Shown here one piece after another: positions 52,850-64,000 of a stretch of DNA of 64,000 nucleotides. The notes beneath the pieces were generated by a model. The model was given only the letters and a program-made list of their open reading frames with translations. It had not been told where the DNA came from and did not search any database. The stretch's first letter is position 1; each line of letters opens with the position of its first letter. Position numbers and translations under genes: made by a program. The stretch comes from Octopus vulgaris (taxonomy: Eukaryota), in NCBI GenBank assembly GCA_951406725.2, contig OX597840.1, positions 12,710,001-12,774,000 of the forward strand. Direction: 5' to 3'.

Positions 52850-53280
52850 AATGGGGGCAGGGGCTATAAATCTCATGTTTAGAGTTTGAAATAGATCTGG
52901 GTCCAGGGAGTCTTTAAGGATCTTTGCTCCCTCTGCTATGCAAAGCCTGCATTGTCTGCTCCCATTTATGTAAGGCCCTGGTTGCTCTATGATCTTCTAT
53001 TTAAGTTCATGTGGAGTATCTCCATCTTTAAGGTACCATACATGGTTAGCCTGGGATGTGATGTACCATCTTTCTGGAACCCTGAATGAGTACCTGTGGT
53101 GGTATAGGTGCTGCTTAAAGGCAGTTCCAGCTAACCTGATATACCTCCAAACTTGCATGCTGGTAGTGTTCATCTTCTGTTGGCTCCAGGCCTGGGGGTT
53201 GTTGCTGCCACTGCTGTTACTGAAGCTGTCATTCGTACTGTTATTATGGGATGTGTGTCTGGTGACATTGCTATAGTTAT
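52850..53280 (-). mobile_element. Penelope GIY-YIG fragment
   Basis: Minus strand YIRLAGTAFKQHLYHHRYSFR...HVWYLK...KII....PY.NG...CRLCIAE. Confidence 0.7.
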
Positions 53281-53284
53281 CAAT

Positions 53285-56200
53285 GCCTCAAGAAAGTAAT
53301 CAATGCCTCAAGAAAGAGGTAGTTTATTAATGCACTGTGGACACACAATTTAGCAGTAGGGTATACATCGGAGTAACTATGAATAGCATGAAACAGAGAC
53401 TTAATTATCATAGATATACTTTTAGAAATAAAAATAGGATGTACTCTACGGGGTTAAGTGCGTATATTTGGGAACTCAAAAGTAAGAACTTAGATTTTAA
53501 ATTAAATTGGAAAATACTAACTTCTGCACCTGTATATAATAGAAAAAATTAAAAATGCTCTCTATGTATTAATGAAATTTTTTTCATTATCAAAGCTGGT
53601 AGGCCTATTATTAATAATATTAACGAAAAAAAATTTTTTTGCATTCATAAACTACCGTACACTTTCTCTAGATTTAAATAGAACTTAGCTTTTCTACTGG
53701 TAATATTTTTACTTTCCTCTATATCTAATTATACTAGTAGTCTTTTACAATTTTGAAACATGTAACTTATAAATTTATAATTTTATAATTTTGTAGCTAC
53801 ACATATATATAAATATATATGTTCTGTATTAATTGTTTTTTGTTTTTGGTTTTTTGTCCTGGTTTATAAGGGAAATACACTGTGGCATGAAAGAATATAT
53901 ACATTTTGGTATATACACAGAAATAGGATACTCTTGCAGATTTCCAAAATTGCAGAGTGTGTATAAGTATCATAGTTAGAGAACCTGGTTTTAGATACTG
54001 TAATACTAATATGTAATAAATGAGAGTCTATATTGAATATTGTTTGTTTTGGATGAGTATATGGGTTTTTGCAGGTATTTATTTGGCAGTCTTATATATT
54101 GTATATTTAGTGTATCTTTGTACTCATCTTAATTTGTATCTTATGTTATTTATTAATACATCTATTCATTTACTTACATTTGGTTTTATACATATTAGCA
54201 GTCTTATATATTTAGTCTATATTTGTACTCATCTTGATTTGTACTTTATGTTATTTATCTATTTATTTATTCATTTATCTATAGGTAAATATTTACATAA
54301 TAGTAGCCTGTATACTAAGTTTATATATGTACTCTTTTCAATGTATATTTTCATTTTATTTTATGTTATTTATCTATCTATCTATACATTTATGCATATG
54401 TGGATATATACATATTAGCATTACTATATATTAGGTGTACCTTTGTATTTATCTTAATTTGTTTTCTATGGTATTTATCTATTTATTTATTCATTTATTT
54501 ATTTATATGTAGATATATACATACATATCCAATATTTATTATAATAATATATATATATGTTTACAAGCTTTTACTTATATTTTCATTTTAATTTTAATTA
54601 TTTCATCTTATTTTATCTTATTACATTTTAATTTGAAGTAATTACAATTATTAACTTATAATTAATTTAATTTTTGTTATTTACTTATATACTATTTATT
54701 GGTAAGTCCTCCACTGATATTATTTAATGCTAAATCCTGTTAATTATTATATATGTATTTATGTGTCCACTGTTGCTTAAAAATATATATATATATAAGT
54801 ACTACGAATGTTTACACGCACATCATATGTGAAAATATATGGTGTGTATGTGTATGTCTGTTGTTACACATGAGTATACATATGGACATGTAGATGTGAG
54901 TGTAATTCTATTAGTTCGTTGGTGAGGGTTTAAATAGAAAAATATTAGTATTGTAATAACATTGGATTTATTATGTAGGGATGATATCTCTTTATGCTAT
55001 AAGGAGTTATTTTGATTATTTATCTTCGAATAATAGCGTATTTTGACTTCTTACAATTAATCTCTTATAATTCAATTATTACAAACCGTTGTTAACTTAG
55101 TATATATATATTTTTATGTCTCTTGATAGTCAAACAGAAATGAGTATTCTATACTTTATAATTTAGCGATTGTTTGAATAAAGCATAGCGGTTAAGTTTG
55201 TGGACTTTTTAGTTATAAAATACTATGTTTACGAAAAATACGGTGTCATATGAATTATGTACCTTATAAAAAATTACATTCTCTATCTGGATATAATTAT
55301 ATGTATGTTTGCATTTACTGTTTTATGGAAATATGTGAGTGGATCTACTTAGTTAATACCACAACCATTGTGTCGTTTGGGGTGGCTTGATGTCTGCATG
55401 CATGTATGTGCAATCGGTTGGGTTCCTCTGTTTTGCATGTGTATAGTTGCGATTCTACCTCTTATATTATTTATTTATTTATTTATGATTTGGCTGTGTA
55501 TGTGGCCATGTATGTGTGTATGTGTGTGGGTGTGTGTGTGTGTGTCTATACATATAACTATGTATGTATGTGCGCACGATCTGTGGATGTGCGTGTGCGT
55601 ATGTGTGTTTCTTGGCTAACTAACCGTAAAATTTCCATTGTGATTCAAATTTAAAACTATAAGCCAATCGAATCTATCTATGAAAATCAATACCAAGCGG
55701 ACGGATGAATTCGACTTATTGAGTATATATGTGGATGTCTGCTTGCTTTACATGGTACAATCATGGTTGTTATTATTATTATTATTATTATTAATATTAA
55801 TATTAATTTTATTTACTTTTTGTGTGGTTATACATTTTAATAGACTGGACTGTTAAATTAAATATATATGCCTGCTTTAAATTTAAATGTGAGTGTACAT
55901 GTATTTCCTTGATGTTGGATATAGAACTATGAGTTCAACATGGAACATTATTGTGTTTGTTAATGTATATTGATATATATTGTTTATATTGTATTATTGT
56001 GTATATATATATATGTGTAGAATTATGAGTGTCTATGCACACATTTTTATATTTATATGTAAATTTTTTTCATATTACATTAAATTCTCTGAAGAGGCCG
56101 TGAGACATTCTTGTTAATGTCTCATTTATACCTACTTTATATGGCTAATAGGTTAAATGGGACATACCTGTCTTCACAGCCGAAACAGCTGTCAGCTACA

Positions 56201-56527
56201 ATGTAATTGTATTTTCTATTTCTATTTCTATGTCTAGTTATATTTGTAATATATTATGTATAATGACATTGCTGTTGCGTAATGGTTTAATAAAGTATTG
56301 ATTGGGTATTATCTGATGGTTGATTATTGATTTAGGTATGTTTCTCCATTTTCTCATTTTGTATTATTAATTTACGGTAATAATTTTACTCTTGCCCACA
56401 TAATACAGTAGATGAATTAATTGCATCGATTTTTTTAACATTTATGTATTAGTTTTGTTGGGTATCTCTCTAGCAGTATATTGGATATATGTTATCCCAT
56501 GGAGGGTTGAATTTACAACCCCTATCT

Positions 56528-56530
<3 letters not shown>
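53285..56530 (+). mobile_element. Penelope 3' portion: GIY-YIG fragment (53285-53680), long AT-rich tail and hammerhead-bearing end
   Basis: VVY.C.V.....VYIG.T....KQR..YH..TF......T.LS.YIWELK...WKIL...CSLC..E...C.H; hammerhead at 56085-56197. The extent of the tail is inferred. Confidence 0.65.
56085..56197 (+). ncRNA. Type I hammerhead ribozyme (PLE-type)
   Basis: CTGAAGA-GGCCGTGA...TCACAGCC-GAAAC AGCT GT-C: intact core, GUC site and palindromic ACAGCTGT; stem I is weak. Confidence 0.6.
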
Positions 56531-56560
<30 letters not shown>

Positions 56561-56628
56561 GGTCCCGGGTTGAGTCGGGGTTAACCACAGTAAATAAGGT
56601 ACTCAATACATTGCAGAGTAAATTAATT

Positions 56629-56665
<37 letters not shown>

Positions 56666-56703
56666 AGAGCAAAGTGTTTGTATGCTATATATATATATAT
56701 ATG

Positions 56704-56739
<36 letters not shown>

Positions 56740-56742
<3 letters not shown>

Positions 56743-57127
56743 CTTGCTAACCAACCACATGCTTCCGGGTTCAGTCCCACTGCGTGGCATCTTGGGCAAG
56801 TGTCTTCTGCTATTGTCTCGGGACGACAAATGCCTTGTGAGTGGATTTGGTAGACGGAAACTGAAAGAAGCCTGTCGTATATATGTATATATATGTGTAT
56901 ATGTGTGTGTGTATGTTTGTGTTTCTGTGTTTGTCCCCCTAGCATTGCTTGACAACCGATGCTGGTGTGTTTATTTCCCCATCACTTAGCGGTTCGGCAA
57001 AAGAGACCGATAGAATAAGTACTGGACTTACAAAGAATAAGTCCCAGGGTCGATTTGCTCGACTAAAGGTGGTGCTCCAGTATGGCCACAGTCAAATGAC
57101 TGAAACAAGTAAAAGAGAAAAAGAGAG
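56740..57127 (+). mobile_element. CORE-type SINE, 5'-truncated
   Basis: Matches 478-886. Confidence 0.85.
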
Positions 57128-57731
57128 AATACAAAATGGGACAAGAACGCAAAGCATCCGGACAGTTAGGTGATACAAAAAAGGACAACAAAACATCCAG
57201 ATAGATGATACAAAGAAAACAAGGATGGGTGATTGGAAGCCCTCTATCCTCAGTCAAGAACCAGATTATCATCACAATTTCAGACCACCGTCCATGCAAC
57301 ATCAATATTCTTCTCTGTGTTTGTGAAAATTTTGTATCTCTGTCGTAAGGCTTCATTTCCACATGCGCCAGCTTAATTCATTTCATCCTTAGTCGAAAGA
57401 CACTTGTTGTTATGTCCTGTTATTATCTTTATTGCATTTGTTTTTGTGTAACATTTCTCCGTTTTCTCCTTCCTTGTTTTTGTATACATTCGCTGCTTTC
57501 TTCCAAGGAATCTAATGCTCTTAGCTTAGTTTTTCCTTGGCTCTGGCCAGATTGGAGCAATCTCAAGAATAATCAGCCGAAATTGGGATGATAATCAGAT
57601 GCTTGACTGTGGATAGAGGGCTTCGAATGACCCATCCTTGTTTTCTTTGTATCGTCTCTCTAGATGTTTTGTTGTCCCTTTTTGTATCACCTAGCTGTCC
57701 GGATGTTTTGTGTTCTTGTCCCATTTTGTAT
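57128..57731. mobile_element. ~600-bp element with ~140-bp terminal inverted arms (partly deleted copy at 20307-20837)
   Basis: 57128-57270 is the imperfect reverse complement of 57590-57731. Confidence 0.65.
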
Positions 57732-57768
57732 TATATATATATATACATACATACATATATATGTATAC

Positions 57769-57829
<61 letters not shown>

Positions 57830-60800
57830 TGTGTATTTTTCAATTTATGTGTACAAATAACACAGAAAAAATAAATAAATAGTTACCAGAGTAGCAAAAA
57901 TTCACATAAGTACCAAGATGTTACAGCCTACTTATAAAGGTAGGAGTTCGAGGGTTTAGTGAAATGTTTTTGAATAACAAAGCTAATTTAAGAAATGGAG
58001 TTAAATGCAAGCAACTGTCCAACTGTTGGATGGTATGATGTATTTTCACATGGTGGTGCTGTATGTTATGATACATGACCCGAATTTTCGTCTCCAAAGA
58101 CACTTTGTCCAATGTCACTTCATCCACTTATTTTGGTCCATTATCCTTTTGTTCAATGATTTTTATGTTCAACGACTTTTTGTCCAATTTTAAATAAAAT
58201 CTTTAGAAAACAAAGTGAACAACAAAATCAAATAATCATTGGAAATTTTATTTATAGGATTTGTATTTGGACAAAAACATCATCGGACAAAAAGACGTCA
58301 GACAAAAAGATATGGACGAAAAGACACTGGACAAAGTGACGTCGGACAAAAAGATATAGCACCATTATGATATTGGTCCCAGACACCATGATGTTTACAC
58401 GGGAGACACTGGCCCCTCTCTGATTGATTGTTAATTTTCAGGCTGAGGCAGTGGATCAATACATGTCTACAGTTATACATATATAACTGTAGGTGCAGGA
58501 GTGGCTGTGTAGTAAGTAGCTTGCTAACCAACCACATGGTTTCTGGTTCAGTCCCACTGCGTGGCATCTTGGGCAAGTGTCTTCTGCTATAGCCCCGGGC
58601 TGACCAATGCCTTGTGAGTTGATTTGGTAGAAGGAAACTGAAAGAAGCCTGTCGTATATATGTATATATATGTATATGTAAGTGTCAGTGTTTGTGTGTC
58701 TGTGTTTGTCCCCCTAGCATTGGTCGACAACTGATGCTGGTGTGTTTACATTCCCATCACCTAGCAGTTCGGCAAAAGAGACCAATAGAATAAGTACTGG
58801 GCTTACAAAGAATAAGTCCCGGGGTCAATTTGCTCGAGTAAAGGTGGTGTTCCAGCATGGCCACAGTCAAATAACTGAAATAAGTAAAAGAGTAAAAGAG
58901 TATATATAAATGAAATAATTGAGATTCAGTTGAATTGGGTACTTAAGTTGAATCCCTAAGTCAGACCAGCCAAAAGTAAGGTGATAAAATATTTATGGAC
59001 TAATGTTTATAATTGACATAGCAATTTTAAATTTTATTTTATACAACATACAATATTGCTGTCAATTCACTCTTGTCCTTTTTCTTAGCATTCAAAATTA
59101 ACATCATGACACATTCTTCAAGTCTTAGATTTAGACTAGTTGATAAAGAGATAAATGAATTGAAAGAAATGAATTACAACACTATATGACCTCATTATGC
59201 TCCGTGCAATTCCTAGAAGTTGTAATCTATTCTTAGCTACAATAGTGACAACATGAATTTCTTCCATCTTCTTACTCTGTTAAAATATTTAAGAAAAATT
59301 ATATTAATGTGCCCTACATGTTAAAATTCCATTCATTTATTTGTACAGCTGAAGATGGCATTACATTAAAATTGATGTACTGATTGCATTGTTAAATTAA
59401 ATGGAGCTGCTTGAAACAGTCGTACTGCATCACTTGATATCCTGTTGCATATTTTGATTATATGTGTGTGTGTGTGTGTATTTTTTATCTTTTACTTGCT
59501 TCAGACATTAGACTGTGGCCATACTGGGGCAGGGCCTTGAAGGGTTGTAGTCAAACAAATCGACCCCAGTACTTAGTTTTTCCCAAGCCTGGTACTTATT
59601 CTGTCAAACTCTATTGTTGAACTACTAAGTTATGGAAATATAAACACACCAACATCAGTTTTCAAGCAGTGGCAGGAACCAAAGACAGGTATAATGATGC
59701 ACACACACACACACACACACACACATCTGACCTTGATGTTAGCAAAGCCATGGAATGCCTTGTCAGAAGGAAGATGATCACATTCTTTGAAGAAAATATC
59801 TTGCTCACTAACATGTAGCATGGTTACACTTTAATATGGAGCTCCCTTACATAATTAATCGCATATTAAAAATGAATAATTAATCAACAGCTCAACTGTT
59901 CAAATATCGATGTGATGTATCTCAAACCACTGGGTAGTAAAGAAATATATTAAATGAATAATTAAAACAGCTCAACTGTTCAAATATCGATGTGATGTAT
60001 CTCAACTTTGCCAAGGCCCTGACAAATGTCAATCATGGAATGATATGGTCACAAATTGTATGACCCTTGTATCACAGGGAAACTAGGGACATGGCTGCAT
60101 TACAGAAAGTCATTGCAAAGGGATCCCTAGCCAGGGAACTGTATGAGGATCACTGCTGTTCAAAGAGGCTCTCCCACCCGTGCTCTCAGTCAGACAGTCT
60201 CACCAGCTCTGCTGATGATATCTGAGTATTACAAAGTCTCAAGGACTACAGAATGATAGGAATGTAATATACAAATGGTCTGAAGAAAGCAACATAAAGT
60301 CTAATGCTGATAAATTGCAAGCATTTTGATATCACCCTACAGATTCCACTTGGAATGCACAGGAGCAGGGAGTATTGCAATCCCAAACTTAGAGTCAGTG
60401 CTTGACTTGGGAATCCACTTGAGTGGCAATGTGTCTTTCTGTGGGAATATTACTAAGGCACATATACTTACACACATATACAGAAGTTACCATACACACA
60501 CACACACACACACACTCACTTACTCTCCCTTCAGACATTGCTGTTGGGCTGTTATGATGAAACATTCTCTAAAGTGCATCAAAAACAACAGAACACTATT
60601 TTTATTAAATTCTTTATTAAAGTTCAGATCACACAAAAATCAACATTTTACTCAAATTTTATGGTTACATGGCAGTTTAGAACAACATTATCTTACCATT
60701 AATAACAAACTTATAATACTGAAAATAGGTTCCAGAGAGGAATATTGCTAACAAAATATGTTAGTACTAATTAAATCCATTTGTTACCAGATTTCTTTTA

Positions 60801-63800
60801 AGATACAAAAATTATGAAGAATTTAGTCAAAGTAACTTTCTCGTTATGAAACTGGCATTTCAAACATACATTAACGCAAATATTTCATGGAAGATTTTAA
60901 TTGAAATCACTTTAAAACAGGCAGCTTTTATCATAGAATCAGGGTTTACTCTCAGGTGGGTTAGTATTAAAAGGGTTAGTAGGATTTCATTAATATCTCT
61001 TATTAATTGTCATTGTAGGGGTGAAAGGGGTCTCCCCATATGTACATACTAATTTCTCAAATTTACTATTATGTTTCCTACAGACATAAGATACGCCAGA
61101 TTCTTTATATTCTTCTTTTGTAATCCACAGATCATCAGTGGGAGGTCTACTAGCCAATCTAGAACCCCCAATCCATGGAGAGTATTCACGTTCTGGTAGA
61201 GCAATGATATTAACCTCTGTGTCAGGTGGTGCCAAGGCACTGATTTCCTTTTTCATACGCTCAACAAAACCTGGAAACATTGTTGAACCACCAGACAACA
61301 CAATGTTGGCAAACAGATCTCTCCTAATTTCCACATCACATTTCATGATTGAGTTATAAGTCATCTTATGAACACCATCAGAAGGGTTGAAAATAGCTTC
61401 TGGGACTCGAAATCGTTCATTGCCAATGGTAATGATTTGTCCATCAGATTGTTCATGACTCTTTTCCAAAGCTTTAGAAGATTTTGCTGCCTGCATTTCT
61501 TGTTCAAAGTCTAGAGCAACATAGCAGAGCTTCTCTTTGATGTCATTTAACGTTCTGTTGTCTGACATTGAGTCACCAAACATGTAGCCACGTTCAGTCA
61601 AGATACTTCTAAGGTTATCTCTCAAGGCAAGACCAGTAATATTCTGATGCTGACAGAAAGTAGCTCCTTTTATAGTTGAAGCTCCATAAATAGGGACAAC
61701 TTGGGTGATACCATGGCCTACATTCACAGAAATACCTGTGACACGGCCAGAATCAAAGAGGGACAAAGCAGCTTGATTAGCCACCATTACTGCACGAACT
61801 TGAAACTTTTCAAACATAATTTCAACCATATTCGCCATGTGTGTTTCAGAGTTACCAACAGGCTCAGTCAACAAGACAGCATAGTCTTTGGCTGCAACGT
61901 TCAATTCGTTGAATGTATGTCGCCAGATCCTCTCCATATTACCCCAGTCAGTAATAATACCATGTTTAATGGGATTCTGCAAATTAAGGACAGTTTTATC
62001 CTTTTCAGCTTTCTCTCCAACAAGGATTTCGATTTTTGGTCCAGAATTTTTCTGCAATATAATAAATGACAATAAGAATTCTAGAAACTTAAGTCAATAA
62101 AATTTTTTACAAGATAGAAATGATAGAAAGAATTACACAAACAATGAAATTTTCATAATCAATCCTATAATATCCTATAATCAATCCTATAATATCCTAT
62201 AATTAATCCTCTAATATCTATATATATAAAACTGAGAATGTGTGTGTGTCTGTCTGTCTGTCTGTCTGTCCGTCCGTCTGTCTGTGTGTTTCCCTAAAAC
62301 TTGAGAACTACACAACCAATTTCATTCAAATTTTACACATGCCTTACGTAGGGTCCGGGGAGTGTCATTGCAAGAGACGAGCCTACAATTCCAGTCTGTT
62401 ATATATTTTGAGTATTGTTATCACTAGTGATATCAAGATATAACTTTGTATTTTGTATTTTATGTGTAGATGTATATATATAGAAGTACATGTAATATGT
62501 ACACATATATATACACATATATACATGCACTAGAACTATGACCCGGCAACGACGGGTCATAATGCTAGTATGCTATAATTAATCTTATAATATCCTACAA
62601 TTAATCGCATCATATCCTATAATTAATCCTATAATATCCTATAATTGATCCTATAATATCCTATAATCAATCCTATAATATCTTATAATTAATCCTATAA
62701 TATCCTATAATTAATCTTATAATATCCTATAATTAATCCTTTAATATCCTGTAATTAATCCTTTAATATCCTATAATCATATCTATAAAAGGGTGGATGT
62801 GTGTGCGTGTGTGTGTGTACGTGATAGTAATTTATGCACGTCCACAAATTAGCATGCATGTAGCTCAAATGTTAGGACATTTGTCAACACCCTATCTGGG
62901 TTTTGTCAACTTAATTTTTTCTCCGAGGGATCCGTGGGTAGCGTAAATATCTAATTTCAGACATAGCTTTAAGCCACAAAAAATATCGGACTTAGCTTTT
63001 TTGCCAGCGTCTAACAAAAAAATAAGATAAAGAAAAGTGGAAGAAGGAGGCAGAGAGTTTCATGGGAAAGACAAGGTGAGAGAGGGAGAGAGAGAGTAAG
63101 TGACCACATTCATAAAAAATGGAATGTAAAATGTTTTGTTTTTTGTTTTTGAAATGCACACTATATGTTATAGTCATCGTATATATACTTTCTTACACAA
63201 CAATTACAATATATTTATTTTAAATCATTTATTTATTTTAAATCGTTCATCTTTCTCCCTGCTCTCTCTCTCTCTCTCACACACATTACTTTAGGTGCGA
63301 AAGAGTTTTGTTTTTATTTTATGCCAAGAAAACAAGTGTCTTGTTGACAATCCATATATTTAACAACAAAGAAACAAAGAGGTGAGTAACAATTTGTCAG
63401 TGAATTACACAATATAAATGGGTACAATTTGCGAGGCTTCCACCACAACCCACTCCGTTTCACAGACCACAAAAAGGGTTTTGAGGCCAATAATTTTTCC
63501 ATTCATTTCTGTTTATCAACATGTATGCGTGCAAAAAACATGCAATTGGTCTACATACGTACGTGTGTATATGTGTGTTCGTGTCTGTTGCCCATATGTA
63601 TTTATATTATATTATATATATATATATATAATATATATATAACATATATATATTGTAACTAATTTCAACGGATTTCGCCCAAATTTGACGTCTATATTAC
63701 ATAGTTTCAGTTGAAATAAAGAACTTGATTAGCTTAATAATCATACCTTAATCCCGGGCAAGGCCAGGTTATACTGCTAGTCAATACTATAATATCCTAT

Positions 63801-64000
63801 AATCAATCATGTAATATCCTATAATCAATCCTATAATATCCTATAATTAATCCTATAATATACTATAATTGATCCTATATGATTGTATAGTCAATCCTAT
63901 AATACACTATACTCAATCCTATAATAGCCTATAATTAATCCTATACTATCCTATTATCAATCCTATAATACATTTTAATCAATCCTATAATATCCTATGA
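57176..64000 (+). repeat. Segmental duplication copy B (contains ActL-4 exon 2), runs off the window end
   Basis: Colinear with 20307-28020. Confidence 0.92.
60990..62051 (-). CDS. Divergent actin-like protein ActL-4, exon 2 (353 aa; exon 1 presumed beyond 64000)
   Basis: Acceptor TTATATTGCAG|AAA; intact ORF, paralogue of ActL-2 with a longer C-terminal tail. Confidence 0.9.
   Translation of the reverse strand, partial: KNSGPKIEILVGEKAEKDKTVLNLQNPIKHGIITDWGNMERIWRHTFNELNVAAKDYAVLLTEPVGNSETHMANMVEIMFEKFQVRAVMVANQAALSLFDSGRVTGISVNVGHGITQVVPIYGASTIKGATFCQHQNITGLALRDNLRSILTERGYMFGDSMSDNRTLNDIKEKLCYVALDFEQEMQAAKSSKALEKSHEQSDGQIITIGNERFRVPEAIFNPSDGVHKMTYNSIMKCDVEIRRDLFANIVLSGGSTMFPGFVERMKKEISALAPPDTEVNIIALPEREYSPWIGGSRLASRPPTDDLWITKEEYKESGVSYVCRKHNSKFEKLVCTYGETPFTPTMTINKRY

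Overview
AT-rich, repeat-dense animal genomic DNA. The tRNA-derived CORE-type SINE family, the (TA)n/(TG)n load and the Penelope/Helitron content suggest a cephalopod, most likely Octopus; this is inferred, not proven. The only host genes form a cluster of four highly divergent actin-family paralogues. ActL-1 is on + (exons 10583-10705 and 14276-15262, 369 aa). ActL-2 is on - (exons 33469-33356 and 25978-24968, 374 aa). A disrupted pseudogene lies on - (51407-52262). ActL-4 is on - (exon 2 62051-60990; exon 1 is outside the window). ActL-1 and ActL-2 keep the classical actin intron after codon 41, and ActL-4 has the matching acceptor. All three intact copies have remodelled the nucleotide pocket, D-loop and C-terminus, and ActL-2/4 also lack the hydrophobic plug. 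ActL-2 and ActL-4 sit in a recent segmental duplication whose coding exon differs mostly at amino-acid-changing sites while the non-coding flanks are almost identical, which suggests a rapidly evolving family of non-canonical actins. The rest is transposon-derived: SINEs, Penelope-like elements, non-autonomous Helitrons, RTE/R4/CR1-type LINE relics, a Tc1/mariner relic and a hAT-Charlie MITE. Several hammerhead ribozyme motifs are present, including a candidate ~431-nt retrozyme and a G3-C8 core variant. A ~4.6-kb intronic AT satellite contains a ~970-bp spacerless palindrome. All alignments and counts were made by eye.
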